Source of the DNA: an uncultured delta proteobacterium | Lineage (GTDB): Bacteria > Myxococcota_A > Polyangia > Palsa-1104 | Direction: 5' to 3' | Length of the DNA stretch: 64,000 bases | Assembly: GCA_963816965.1 (NCBI GenBank) | Contig: CAWFMP010000002.1 | Location: 875,673 to 939,672, forward strand | Shown: positions 49,094 through 62,150 of the stretch, one piece after another | How positions within the stretch are numbered: position 1 is the stretch's first letter | Layout: the number at the start of each line of letters is the position of its first letter | Made by a program: the position numbers and the translations under genes | Notes under the pieces: model-generated | The model's input: only the letters and a program-made list of their open reading frames with translations | What the model was told of the DNA's origin: nothing | Databases searched by the model: none

Positions 49094-49768
49094 ATGCGCA
49101 AGCGTCCGGGTCCCGCGGGTCGCCGCGCGCGGCGGCCGTCGTCCGCGCTGGTCGGCGACACCAAGGAGCAGATCCTCGCCGTCGCCGAGGAGCTCTTCGC
49201 GCAGAAGGGCTTCGCCGGCGTGCGCACGCACGAGATCGCCGAGCGCGCGGGCGTCAACAAGGCGATGATCTACTACTGGTACCAGTCGAAGGAGCAGCTT
49301 CTGCGGGCGGTCCTGCAGAAGATCCTCTTCGAGCTGATCGCGCTGTCGCAGGAGATCCTGGCGCGCCAGCTGCCTGCCGTAGAAGTGCTGGAGGAGTTCT
49401 ATCGCGGCTTCTTCTACTACACGGCGCGCCATCGCAACTTCTCGCGCCTGACGACGATGGATCTCGGCTCCGAAGGCGGCTACCTGCGCACCATGTTCGA
49501 GAGCTTCTTCCGCCCGCTGTTCGAGCGCGGCGTGCGCTTCATCGACGTCGCCGTCGAGCGCGGAGAGCTCAAGCCGGTCAACGCGCGGCAGCTGCTCATC
49601 ACCGTCTACGGCATGACCATCGCCTACTTCGCCGACGCCAACCAGGTGGCGCTGCTCTATGGCGTCAAGGACGCCCTCGACGACAAGCTGCTCGAGGAGC
49701 GCTTGCAGGCCAACCTCGACTTCATCTTCGCCGCCGTCGGCGCCAGGCGCCCCAGCAAGAGCCGCTGA
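49094..49768 (+). CDS. TetR family transcriptional regulator
   Basis: N-terminal HTH ILAVAEELFAQKGFAGVRTHEIAERAGVNKAMIYYWYQSKEQLL; true start may be an internal GTG. Confidence 0.85.
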   Translation: MRKRPGPAGRRARRPSSALVGDTKEQILAVAEELFAQKGFAGVRTHEIAERAGVNKAMIYYWYQSKEQLLRAVLQKILFELIALSQEILARQLPAVEVLEEFYRGFFYYTARHRNFSRLTTMDLGSEGGYLRTMFESFFRPLFERGVRFIDVAVERGELKPVNARQLLITVYGMTIAYFADANQVALLYGVKDALDDKLLEERLQANLDFIFAAVGARRPSKSR

Positions 49769-49799
49769 CGCAATCGACGCTGACGCCGGCGCGATGAGG

Positions 49800-50000
49800 T
49801 CCTAAGGGCAATGCGGTTCACAGTCGGCGGGTCAACCGGCCGGCGTGGGCCGCGGAGGTCGTGAGGCGCCTGGTGCTACGTCGAAGTCGCGCCTGTCCAT
49901 CGCAGCAGGCGTCGAGCGGAGGCAGCGCCCCTTGCTACCTCCGCGGCCCAAGCCGGCCCGCTACGACTCGGCCAAAGTGAACGGCATTGGTCCTGAGGGC
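49800..50000. repeat. dispersed repeat family C, copy 1
   Basis: Shares GGGCCGCGGAGGTCGTGAGGCGCC and GGTACTACGTCGAAGTCGCGCCTGT blocks and AATGCCGTTCAC-type ends with 61920-62150. Confidence 0.65.
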
Positions 50001-50029
50001 CCCGTTCGAGCGTACAATATGGCGGGGCG

Positions 50030-52792
50030 ATGGAGCGCATCTCGCACTATCGGCTGGTGGCGAGGCTGGGCAGGGGCGCGATGGGCGAGGTGTGGCGCGC
50101 CGTCGACGAGCGCCTCGGCCGCGCCGTGGCGCTCAAGCTCCTGCCGGTGGCGCGCGCCTCCGAGCAGAAGATGCAGGCCCGCCTGCTGCGCGAGGCGCAA
50201 GCGGCGAGCGCGCTCAATCACCCGGGCATCGTCACCGTGCACGACGTCGGCTCGTGGCACGGGCAGATCTTCATGGTCATGGAGCTGGTCGACGGCGAGC
50301 CGCTGTCGGAGCTGGCGCGGAGCGGCCTGGCGCCGGCGGAGGCGCTGCGCCTGTGCGCCGACGCGGCCGAGGCGTTGGCCACGGCCCACGAGCGCGAGAT
50401 CCTGCACCGCGACATCAAGAGCGACAACCTCATGCGCACGCGCGACGGGCGCATCAAGGTGCTCGACTTCGGCCTGGCGAAGCTGCGCGCGCAGCCGGAG
50501 GCGAGCGCGGCGCCGGAGCAGCCGCCGGGCGGCGTGCCCGGGGTGGCCGAGCTGGCGGCGGTGGCGGAGACGCTCGACTCGACGTCGCGATCGGGCGGGC
50601 CGTCGACGCCGCCGACCGATCCGGACGCGCTCGGCAAGCTGCGCGGCGAGGAGGCGGCGCAGCCTTTTCCGCCGCTGTCGGCGTCGTCGCCGGCGGAGAG
50701 CCTGACGATGGCCGGCGCGCTGGTCGGCACGCCGGTGTACATGTCGCCCGAGCAGACCGACGGCACGCCCGGGGACGCGCAGTCCGAGGTGTGGTCGCTC
50801 GGCGTCGTCCTGTACGAGCTGCTCGTGGGCAAGCGGCCGTTCGAGCGGGCGTCGATCCCCGAGGTGTTGCAGGCGATCCGCTCGCAGCACCTGGTGCGAC
50901 CGTCGCTGGCGGCGCCGGCGCGGGCGATTCCGGCGCGGCTCGACGCGGTGGTGCTCAAGGCGCTGGCGCGCGATCGCAAGCAGCGCTACGCCGACATGCG
51001 CGCGTTCGCCGCGGCCCTCCGAGCGGCGCGCCGGCGGCTCGCGGGCGCGGACACCGGCGGCGAGCCCGTGATCCGCCCCCGGCGGCGGCTGCTCGTAGCC
51101 GCCGCGGGCGCGCTCGCGCTTCTGGGGACGCTCGGCGGCTACGCGCTCTTCGGCCGCCATCCGCCGCCGCCGCCACCGCTGCCGCTCGTGCTGGCGGCGC
51201 CCAAGGTCGAGCCGTCGCTGGTGACCGTGAGCGGCACGCGCCGCATCACCTTCAACGCCGGTTGCGAGGAGTACCCGAGCTTCACGCCCGACGGGCGGAC
51301 CATCGTCTTCGACGGCGTGATGGAGAACGACTACGAGCTGGGCGCGCTCGACCTCGCCTCCGGCACCACCCGGCGCCTGACGCACGAGCCGGGCTGGGAC
51401 TACGGCGGCGCCGTGTCGCCCGACGGCCGCTGGATCGCCTACGTGCACACCTCCGATTCCGGACGCGAGATCCGGGTCCTGCCGATCGAGGGCGATCGCG
51501 GCGGGGCGCCCCGCCGGCTCGGGCTGAGCTCGTCCGGCTTTCCATCGTGGACGCGCGACGGCGCCGTGATCGTCGGCGAGGGCGACCAGATCTTGCGCTG
51601 GACGCTCGACGCGCACGGCGCGCGCAGCCAGACCATCGCGCGCTTGCCGGCCGGCGCCGTCGATCGCTACGTCGCCCAATTCTCCGACGGCAACCTGGTG
51701 GCGCTGTGGCAGCCGCAGTACGCGGCGAACGTGGTCGTCGTCGGCGAGCTGGCGCTCGGCCGGGCGGCGCGCGCCGTCGAGACGCTGCCGCTGGACTCGA
51801 TCGGGCTCATCGTCGCGCCGTCGCAGGCGGGCTATTTCTACGGGCGTCACCACGCCAACGCCAACGAGCTGGTGCGGCGGCGCTTCGGCGGGGCGGCGGA
51901 GACGGTGCCGGGCGATGTCACGCCGGCCAGCGGCCTCAGCATCTCGCCCGACGGCAAGCGGCTGGCGTACTCGACCTGTCGGGAGTCGGGCGTGATCGCG
52001 CGCTTGCGGCCGGGCCGCCCGCCCGAGCAGTTGATGACCGCGGGGAACTGGCGCGACATCTGGCCGGCGCCGGTCGACGATCGGCGCGTCCTGTTCGAGA
52101 GCGATCGCGCGGGCGTGGTGCAGGTCTGGCTGCTCGACGTCAAGTCGCGCGAGGCGCGGCCGCTGGCCGCGGCGTCGTCGTCGCACCCGGGCGTGTCGCC
52201 TGACGGCAAGTGGCTCGCCTACAGCGGCGGCGACGAGCCGGGCATCCACGTGATGGCGCTGAGCGGCGGCGCCGTGACGCGCGTGACCAGCGACGCCGCC
52301 GACGGCGAGCCGCAGTTCAGCTTCGACGGCAAGACCATCGTCTTCGAATCGACGCGCGAGCGCGGCGGCGCGCGCGTCTACGCCGTCGCTGCCGCCGGGG
52401 GCCCGGTGCGCGCGCTGTCGCCCGTCGGCGCGCTGTCGCCGGCGGCGTCGCCGACGGAGGATCGGGTGGTCTTCGTGCTCCCGACCGAGCGCGGGCGGGT
52501 GGTCATGTCGACGACGCTCGAGGGGCGTGCGCCGGTGCCGCTGATCCCCTCGCTGGCGGCGGGCGATTGGCTCAATCCACGCTTCTCGCGCGACGGCAGG
52601 AAGCTGCTCGTGGTGCGCAAGACCGCCGAGGTCGTCGAGGTCGAGCTGAGGACGGGCGCCGCGCGCGTCGTCTATCGCGCCGGGCTCGAAGGCATCGGCG
52701 AGGCCACCTACGCGCCCGACGGCTACGGCCTCATCGCCTCGGTACAGCTATGGAACGGCGACCTCTGGCTCGCCGACGGCACCTTCCGCTAG
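50030..52792 (+). CDS. Ser/Thr protein kinase with TM segment and C-terminal TolB-like beta-propeller repeats
   Basis: 920 aa; kinase subdomains (GRGAMGEVW, HRDIKSDN, DFGLAK, SPEQ); hydrophobic helix ~aa 360; repeated SPDG[KR] propeller motifs. Confidence 0.9.
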   Translation: MERISHYRLVARLGRGAMGEVWRAVDERLGRAVALKLLPVARASEQKMQARLLREAQAASALNHPGIVTVHDVGSWHGQIFMVMELVDGEPLSELARSGLAPAEALRLCADAAEALATAHEREILHRDIKSDNLMRTRDGRIKVLDFGLAKLRAQPEASAAPEQPPGGVPGVAELAAVAETLDSTSRSGGPSTPPTDPDALGKLRGEEAAQPFPPLSASSPAESLTMAGALVGTPVYMSPEQTDGTPGDAQSEVWSLGVVLYELLVGKRPFERASIPEVLQAIRSQHLVRPSLAAPARAIPARLDAVVLKALARDRKQRYADMRAFAAALRAARRRLAGADTGGEPVIRPRRRLLVAAAGALALLGTLGGYALFGRHPPPPPPLPLVLAAPKVEPSLVTVSGTRRITFNAGCEEYPSFTPDGRTIVFDGVMENDYELGALDLASGTTRRLTHEPGWDYGGAVSPDGRWIAYVHTSDSGREIRVLPIEGDRGGAPRRLGLSSSGFPSWTRDGAVIVGEGDQILRWTLDAHGARSQTIARLPAGAVDRYVAQFSDGNLVALWQPQYAANVVVVGELALGRAARAVETLPLDSIGLIVAPSQAGYFYGRHHANANELVRRRFGGAAETVPGDVTPASGLSISPDGKRLAYSTCRESGVIARLRPGRPPEQLMTAGNWRDIWPAPVDDRRVLFESDRAGVVQVWLLDVKSREARPLAAASSSHPGVSPDGKWLAYSGGDEPGIHVMALSGGAVTRVTSDAADGEPQFSFDGKTIVFESTRERGGARVYAVAAAGGPVRALSPVGALSPAASPTEDRVVFVLPTERGRVVMSTTLEGRAPVPLIPSLAAGDWLNPRFSRDGRKLLVVRKTAEVVEVELRTGAARVVYRAGLEGIGEATYAPDGYGLIASVQLWNGDLWLADGTFR

Positions 52793-52815
52793 GGGTGTCG
52801 GACCCCCCCCTAGCC

Positions 52816-53346
52816 TCACGGGCAGCGATAGGCGGTGCCGGTCGTGGGCAGCTCGAGCCGCACATAGTTGGCGCCCATGCCGCGGGCGCGCTGCTTGAGC
52901 TTCTCGCGCGCGCCCTCGACATCGCCGAACCAGATCGCCTCTTGCACCGGGCCCAGCTCCTGGCACGCGTCGGGCGGATCGCTCTTCATCAGGCGGACGT
53001 CGCCGCGTGGCGGCCGGCTGGGCAAGAGCGCGTACGGCTCGCCCGACGGCGCCGCCACCGGACAGCGATAGAGCGTGCCGCCGGCCGGCATCTCCAGCCG
53101 CACGTAGTTGGCGCCGCGGCGCACCGCGAACTCGCGCAGCTTTCGGCGCGCACCCTCGAAGTCGCCCCAGACGATCATCTCGTAGTGCGTGCCGACCTCG
53201 ACGCACGCCTCGGCGGGATCGCGCTTCATCAGCTGCACGGCGGCCACCGCCTGGGGCGCCACCGCCGGCTCCGCGGGCCGGGTCTCCTTCTCGGAGGAGG
53301 CGCAGCCGGACAGTGCGATCAAGATCACAGCAACTTGCTTCGTCAT
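52816..53346 (-). CDS. lipoprotein with duplicated DUF4156-like domain
   Basis: Lipobox LSGCAS; internal duplication (...EACVEVGTHYEMIVWGDFEGARRKLREFAVRRGANYVRLEMPAGGTLYRCP / ...DACQELGPVQEAIWFGDVEGAREKLKQRARGMGANYVRLELPTTGTAYRCP). Confidence 0.7.
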   Translation of the reverse strand: MTKQVAVILIALSGCASSEKETRPAEPAVAPQAVAAVQLMKRDPAEACVEVGTHYEMIVWGDFEGARRKLREFAVRRGANYVRLEMPAGGTLYRCPVAAPSGEPYALLPSRPPRGDVRLMKSDPPDACQELGPVQEAIWFGDVEGAREKLKQRARGMGANYVRLELPTTGTAYRCP

Positions 53347-53397
53347 GGTCGGACCTCCATACCAGATCGTTATCGGAGGTCGGGAGAAAAAGTTGCG

Positions 53398-54289
53398 TCA
53401 GGGCTCCTCGGGCGGGACCGGCTGCACCCGCTGCGGCGCCGCCGAGAGATAGGCGCCCCAGGCGACGCCGACCAGCGTGACCGCCGCGCCGGCGATGGCC
53501 AGCGGCACCGGGCGCTCGCCGAAGAAGATGCGCCCCAGCACCATCGCCGACACCGGCGTGAGCTGAAACAGCACCCCGGCGGCGGCGGCGGGCAGGTCGC
53601 GCAGCGAGTGGGTCATCATCAGCTGGGCGGCGACGCTGGTGACGCCGACGCCGACGACCATGATCCACTCCGCCGGCGTGGGCGCGACCAGATGGTGCGA
53701 CGCGGGCACGCCGGTGAACAGCGCGCCCGCCAGGCAGAAGGCGGCGAAGATCTCCCAGACGCCGTCGGTCTTGCGGACCTCGCGAATGGTCGCCACGGCC
53801 GCGCCGGACAAGATCGCCGAGGCGATGCCGACCAGCTGCCAGCGGCCGAGCGCGACGCCACCCGGCGGCGCGTCGGCGACGATGACCACGGCGACGCCGA
53901 GCGTGGTCACCGCCAGCGCGCCGAAGGTGCCCAGCCGCACGCGCTCGCCCAGAAACAGCCACGCCCACAACGCCGCGAACACCGGCGCCGTGTAGTTGAG
54001 CAGCGTCGCCATACCGACGGCGAGGTGCTCGATGGCGAGGAAGTAGCAGAGCACGGCCGCGCCGCCGAGCACGCCGCGCAGCCCGAGCCCGCGCCAGTTG
54101 TGCGCGCGCATGCGGATGCGCGTGGCGGCGACTCCGCAGGCGATCAGCCCCACCGAGAAGCGCACGAAGGCGATCTCGGGGCCGGGCAGCCGAGCCGCCG
54201 CCGCTTTGGCGAGGATGGCCATGACGCCGAACAACAACGCTGCCAGGGTCATGAGCGCCGTCGCCGACGCGAGCGGGTGGCGATTCATG
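53398..54289 (-). CDS. EamA/DMT family transporter
   Basis: 10 predicted TM helices; two EamA-like halves; start taken at MNRHPLASATAL. Confidence 0.8.
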
Positions 54290-54304
54290 CTAGAGCTGGG
54301 TTCG

Positions 54305-54979
54305 ATGCCGGCGCGGCTGTTTTCGCTTCTGCTCCTGCTGCTCACGCGAGACGGCGTTCTGCATCGCTTCGACGGGCATCATGACACGACCGCCCCGGCC
54401 GCGCGCGCGACCGCGATCGCGGTGGTGGGCGGTCATCGGGTCGCCGTGCTCGCCGGCGATCGCCTGACCCTCGACGGGCGGGCGCTGCCGGGCCACTTCG
54501 CCCGCGTGCGCGCGCTGGCCGGCGGCGCGGCGCTGTGGGGGCTCACCGATGCCGGGGTCGTGACCATCGATCTCGCCAGCGGCAAGCAGGTGCTGGCGCT
54601 GGTGGCGCCGCACGCGCACCTCATCGCCGCCGACGGCAGCGACGCCTTCGCCGAGGTCGACGGACGCATCGGCCAGATCGGAGCCGAGCTGCGCTGCAAG
54701 GTGGCGGGACGGCCGATCGCGCTGGCCGCCGGAGACGGCAAGCTCTTCGTCGCCACCAGGGAGGGGCCGCTCTGGGAGGTCGACCGCGACTCCTGCCGCG
54801 CACGCGACCTCGGGCTCGGCGGCTGGTGGGGCACCCTCGCGCTCGCCTGGGCCGACGACGGGCTGTACGCCGTCACCGTCGCCGGCAAGCTGTGGCGCAT
54901 CGATCCGGCGCGACGGCAGAAGACGATCGTCGCCATGGACGGCTGGCAGGGCGCCATCGATCTCTCGGTCTTACGATAG
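54305..54979 (+). CDS. hypothetical secreted protein
   Basis: Signal-peptide-like MPARLFSLLLLLLT; no recognisable family. Confidence 0.4.
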   Translation: MPARLFSLLLLLLTRDGVLHRFDGHHDTTAPAARATAIAVVGGHRVAVLAGDRLTLDGRALPGHFARVRALAGGAALWGLTDAGVVTIDLASGKQVLALVAPHAHLIAADGSDAFAEVDGRIGQIGAELRCKVAGRPIALAAGDGKLFVATREGPLWEVDRDSCRARDLGLGGWWGTLALAWADDGLYAVTVAGKLWRIDPARRQKTIVAMDGWQGAIDLSVLR

Positions 54980-54991
54980 ACTACGCGGAGC

Positions 54992-57044
<2,053 letters not shown>

Positions 57045-57058
<14 letters not shown>

Positions 57059-58370
57059 GCTCCCGACGCTGGTCGTCTGGTTCGGCGTCGTGTCGCTTCT
57101 GACCGACGTCGGCACCGAGATGATCTATCCGCTGCTGCCGCTCTTCCTCTCCAACGTGCTGCACGCGCCGCGCACCTTCATCGGCGCCGTCGAGGGCGCG
57201 GCGGAGGCGACCGCGTCGCTGCTCAAGCTGGTCTCGGGACGGCTGAGCGATCGCCTGCGCCGCCGCAAGCCGCTCACGGTGGCCGGCTACGGGCTGTCGT
57301 CGCTGGTGCGGCCCCTGGTGGGGCTGGCGACCCATCCGTGGCACGTGCTGGCCACGCGGGTCGCCGATCGGGTGGGCAAGGGCGTGCGCTCGAGCCCGCG
57401 CGACGCGCTGCTCGCCGACGCCACCGACCCGGCGCAGCGCGGGCGCGCCTACGGCTTTCACCAGGCGATGGACAACGCCGGCGCGCTCGTCGGCCCGCTG
57501 GTCGCCACCGCGCTGCTGGCCGTCGGCTTCGAGATGCGCAGCGTCTTCTTCTTCGCCGCCGTTCCGGGCGCGCTGGCGATGGGTGCGCTCATCTTCGGCG
57601 TGCGCGAAGAGCCGCGCAGCGGCAGCGAGGTCGCCCGGGCCAAGGCGCGCAGCGCGGCGCCCTTCAGCCCGACGCTGAGCCGCTACCTCGTGTGCGTCGC
57701 GCTCTTCGGCCTCGGCAACTCGTCCGACGCCTTTCTATTGTTGCGCGGCCAGCAGGTCGGCGTCCCCGTCAAATGGATCCCGCTTCTGTGGATGGCGCAC
57801 AACGGCACCAAGGCGGCGCTGTCGACCTGGGCGGGCGGGCTCTCCGATCGCATCGGCCGCCGCCGCGTCATCATCGCCGGCTGGACGCTCTACGCGGCCA
57901 CCTACCTCGCCTTCGGCTTCGCGTCGCACGCGTGGCAGATCTGGGCGCTGTTCGTCGTGTACGGCGTCTACTACGCGTTCGTCGAGGGTACCGAGAAGGC
58001 GCTGGTCGCCGACCTGGTGCCCGCTGGCGCGCGCGGCCGCGCCTTCGGTTGGTTCAACGCGGTCGTCGGCCTGGCGGCGCTGCCGGCTTCGCTGGCATTC
58101 GGTGCGCTCGCCGATCGCTTCGGCGCGCGCGTCGCGTTCACGGTGTCGGCTTCGCTGGCGGCGGCGGCGAGCTTGTGGCTGCTGCTGCTGGTGCGGCCGC
58201 CGCGGAGGGCGCCGCCTTCGGGGGCGTTGTCGGCGCAGGAGCCGGCTTCGGGAGCGCCGGCTTCGGGAGCGCAGCCTTCGGAGGCGTCCCCGGCGGTGGA
58301 GGCGCCTTCGGGGGCGCCGTCGTCGGCGGCGCTGTCGCCGGAGGTGCCGTCGCCGGAGGTGCCGTCATAG
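57045..58370 (+). CDS. MFS transporter with Ser/Pro/Ala-rich C-terminal tail
   Basis: 441 aa; 12 TM helices; tail encoded by tandem GGAGG[CT]G[CT]CGTCG repeats that continue past the stop. Confidence 0.8.
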
Positions 58371-59244
58371 GAGGCGTCGTCGTCGGAGGTGCCGTCGTCG
58401 GAGGCGTCGTCGCCGGAGGTGCCGTCGTCGGAGGCGTCGTCGCCGGAGGCGTCGTCGCCGGAGGCGTCGCCGCCGGCTCGCTGATGTCGATCTGCGGCAG
58501 CTCGTCGATGCGCGGCATCACCACCACCTCGATGCGCCGGTTGAGCGTGCGCCCCTCGGGCGTATCGTTGGTGGCGAGCGGATCGAACTCCGAGTAGCCG
58601 GCCGCCGCCAGCCGCCGCGGATCGACGCCTTCGCCCTGCAGAAAGCGCACGACCGTGACCGCGCGCGCCGTCGACAGCTCCCAGTTCGACGCGTACGGCG
58701 AGCTCTTGATCGGACGATTGTCGGTGTGCCCGGCGACGAGGAAGTCGCGATCGGCGATCTCCTTGAGCGCTTGCGCCACCTCCTTGAGCGCACGCTCGCC
58801 GTCCGGCTTGAGCGTGGCCTGCCCGGGATCGAAGAGGATCGCGTCGCCGAGCTTGACCAGCATCTTGCCCTTGCGCACCTCGACCGCCAGCGTGCCGGCG
58901 CCGATGGCGTCGCGCAGCCGCGCCACCAGCGTCCGGTAGAGCTCGTTGCGCTGCTCGGCCTGCGCGTGCGCCCGGCGCAGCGCGTCCATCTCGTGCTGCG
59001 TGGCCTGCAGGTTGTTGGCGAGCTTGGACGCGTCGGCGCGCTGGCGCGCGATCTCGTCGTCGCGCTCGTCGCGATCCTTGCGCAGCTGATCTTCGCGCGC
59101 GTGCGAGGCGCCGAGCTGGTTCTGCGCCTGCCCGAGCTCGGCCTGGCACTTCTCGACCTCGGTCACGCGCGTGTTGTACTCGGCCTGCGAGACACCGCAG
59201 CCGGCGGCGCAGGCGAGGAGTAGGGCGCAAAGTCGAAGCGGCAC
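58138..59244 (-). CDS. OmpA-family lipoprotein (coiled coil + OmpA C-like domain + Pro/Thr-rich tail)
   Basis: Lipobox LLACAAGCG; VAGHTDNRPIKSSPYASNWELSTARAVTVVRFL; PATTPP repeats; 3' end overlaps MFS gene convergently within the repeat tract. Confidence 0.8.
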   Translation of the reverse strand: MPLRLCALLLACAAGCGVSQAEYNTRVTEVEKCQAELGQAQNQLGASHAREDQLRKDRDERDDEIARQRADASKLANNLQATQHEMDALRRAHAQAEQRNELYRTLVARLRDAIGAGTLAVEVRKGKMLVKLGDAILFDPGQATLKPDGERALKEVAQALKEIADRDFLVAGHTDNRPIKSSPYASNWELSTARAVTVVRFLQGEGVDPRRLAAAGYSEFDPLATNDTPEGRTLNRRIEVVVMPRIDELPQIDISEPAATPPATTPPATTPPTTAPPATTPPTTAPPTTTPPMTAPPATAPPATAPPTTAPPKAPPPPGTPPKAALPKPALPKPAPAPTTPPKAAPSAAAAPAAAATSSPPPPAKPTP

Positions 59245-59311
59245 GGCAGCTTAGCGTAGCCGACCGCGCTAAAAATTGACAGGTGGGTAGACGTAGTTGA
59301 ATATCCTACAT

Positions 59312-61918
59312 ATGGGTTCTCGGTCTGAGCGTGCTCTTGGGTCGACGTCAACGGGGTCGCGCGGGCGGGAAGTGGCGGGGATCGTCCTACTTGGCCTGGC
59401 GATCTTCGTCGGCCTCAGCGTCGCGTCGCTGCAGCTCGGCTCCGGCACGCTGATGGGTCCGTGCGGCGCCACCGTCGGGCTCGGCGTCTACGCGCTGATC
59501 GGTGTCGGCGCCTATCTGGCGGCGCTCGGCCTCGGCTTCGCGGCGCTGCGCTGCCTGCAGGGGCAGCCGGTGCGCGTCAAGTCGATCGGCTTCTGGGCCG
59601 CGCTGGGCAGCGGCATCTCGGCGGCCATCTTGCTGCACCTGGCGCTCGGCACCCATCGCCTGCGCGGCCACTCGCCGGGCGGTGCGCTCGGCGAATACGG
59701 GGCGGAGCTGCTCATCGCCTTCGTCGGGCGGGTCGGCGCCGCGCTGGTCGGCGTCGTCCTGCTGGCGGTGTCGCTGGTGCTGTCGACGTCGCTGTCGTTC
59801 CGCACCATCCCCTCGCTGCTGATGGCCGCCGGCCGCGGCGCGCTCGGCGTCTTGACCCGGGGGCTGCAGCTCATCTTCCCGGCGCACGACGAAGATGAGG
59901 ACGAGAGCGAGGTCGAGGTCGAGGCCCGGCCGCCGAAGAAGCTGCGCGGCAAGAAGGAAGAGGACGCCACCGTCGCCGAGGAGGGCGTGGAGGTCGACGA
60001 GGCCGACATCCTCGCCGCCGAGCAGGCGCTCGACGCCATGGCCAAGCTCAAGCGCAAGCAGCGCAAGCGCGACGACGAGCCGCAGGTGATCCGACTGCCG
60101 CAGGTCGGGGCCAGCGCGGCCGAGCTCGGCAACGCGCCGATGGAGATCATCGACAACGAGAAGACCGAGATCAGCAGCTCGGGGGCGCCGGTGCCCGACG
60201 AGCTGGGGCCGAAGATCGTCGAGCCGCTGGCGCTCAAGAAGAAGGAGCTGGCGCAGAAGGTGCCGGAGGCGCCCAAGCCCGACTTCATCCCCGCGGCCGG
60301 CGGCTACCACCTGCCGGACACCTCGCTGCTCGACTACGAGGAGTCGCACGACGACAAGCTCGACAAGGGCGCGATGCTGGCGCTGGCCGAGAAGCTGCAA
60401 AAGACGCTCGCCGACTACGGCGTCAAGGGCAACGTGGCGGAGATCCACCCCGGGCCCGTCGTCACGATGTACGAGTTCGTGCCGGCGCCGGGGACCAAGC
60501 TGTCGAAGATCTCGGCGCTGTCGAACGACCTGGCGATGTCGCTGGAGGCGCTGCGCGTGCGCATCGTGGCGCCGATCCCGGGCAAGGGCGTCGGTCGGCA
60601 TCGAGGTGCCGAACAAGACGCGCGCGACGGTGTACCTGAAGGAGATGCTCGTCGACGAGCACGTGCAGAAGGCCAAGTCGAAGCTGACCATCGGCCTCGG
60701 CAAGGACATCGCCGGGCGCGCCGGTCGCCGTCGACCTGGCGAAGATGCCGCACCTGCTCGTCGCCGGCACCACCGGCTCGGGCAAGTCGGTCGCGGTCAA
60801 CGGCATGATCTGCTCGCATCCTCTTCAACTGCGACGCCCGAAGAGGTGCGCATGATCATGATCGACCCGAAGATGGTCGAGCTGTCGATCTACGAGGGCA
60901 TTCCGCACCTGCTGCTGCCGGTGGTGACCGATCCGAAGAAGGCGAACCTGGCGCTGCGCTGGGCCGTCGACGAGATGGAGCGGCGCTACGAGCTGGTCGT
61001 CGAAGTCGGGCGTGCGCGACATCCTCGCCTACAACAAGAAGATCGAGAAGCTGCTCGCCGACGGGCCGCTCAAGCCCGAGTCGAAGAAGATCAAGATCTA
61101 CGTCGAGGGCGACGACGGGCAGAAGAGCGAGGTCGAGGTCGTCGGCCAACGAAGCGGCGGTGCGCGAGGCCGGCGGCGTCGTCGACGCCGAGGTGCGCGA
61201 CGAGATCTCGGCGGCCCACGCGGCCATGCAGAAGGCTGCAGCAGACGCGCCGCCGCCGCCGCGCAAGCTGCCCTACATCGTCGTCATCATCGACGAGTTC
61301 GCCGACCTGATGATGGTGGCGCCCAAGGACGTCGAGACCTCGGTGGCGCGCATCGCGCAGAAGGCGCGCGCCGTCGGCATCCACCTGCTCCTGGCGACGC
61401 AGCGGCCGTCGGTGGACGTGATCACCGGGCTCATCAAGGCCAACTTCCCGTCGCGCATCGCGTTCCAGGTGGCGTCGAAGATCGACTCGCGCACCATCCT
61501 CGATCAGCAGGGCGCCGAGAACCTGCTCGGCATGGGCGACATGCTGTTCACCGATCGCGGGCAGGCGCTGCGCCGCGTGCACGGCGCGCTCGTCACCGAC
61601 GTCGAGATCAAGCGCATGGTCGACTTCCTCAAGCTCCAGGGGCAGCCGGTCTACGACATGGACATCCTGAAGCCGCGCGTCGACGAAGAGGGCGACGGCG
61701 AGGGCGGCGGCTTGCCCGAAGAGGGCGACGATCCGCTCTACGACCAGGCGGTACGGCTGGTGTGCGAGACGCGCATGGCCTCGGTGTCGATGATCCAGCG
61801 CCGCTTGCAGATCGGCTTCAACCGCGCCTCCCGCCTGGTCGAGCGCATGGAGCGCGACGGCATCGTCGGCGCCCCCAACGGCTCCAAGCCCCGCGAAGTC
61901 CTCGCCCAGGCGATCTAG
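59312..61918 (+). CDS. ftsK: DNA translocase FtsK/SpoIIIE (reading frame broken ~5 times between 60590 and 61150)
   Basis: N-terminal TM helices, acidic linker, then FtsK motor segments ([99 protein letters not shown]) and gamma domain ([21 protein letters not shown]) found across alternating frames. Confidence 0.85.
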
Positions 61919-61919
61919 C

Positions 61920-62150
61920 CCCGATGCCGTTCACTTTCGGCGGGTAGTAGCGGGCCGGCCTGGGCCGCGGAGGTCGTGAGGCGCCATCCCGGCGTCGGAA
62001 GCCGGCGCAGTCGCCGCCGCTTCGGGGCGGCGTGCGCCTCCATCGGGCCGCTCGAGGTCGCGCTGCGCGTTACGCGGCCCTCTACGCCGCCGGGAGGGCG
62101 CCTCACGACCTCCGCTCACGGGCGCCTGGTACTACGTCGAAGTCGCGCCT
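61920..62150. repeat. repeat family C, copy 2, carrying a ~110-bp internal insertion with its own inverted repeat
   Basis: GCGGAGGTCGTGAGGCGCC ... GGCGCCTCACGACCTCCGC inverted pair flanks the extra segment absent from copy 1. Confidence 0.6.

Noticed and set aside
49961-52249. 762-aa minus-strand ORF antisense to the Ser/Thr kinase
   Set aside because: No domain content; kinase on plus strand is intact and canonical.
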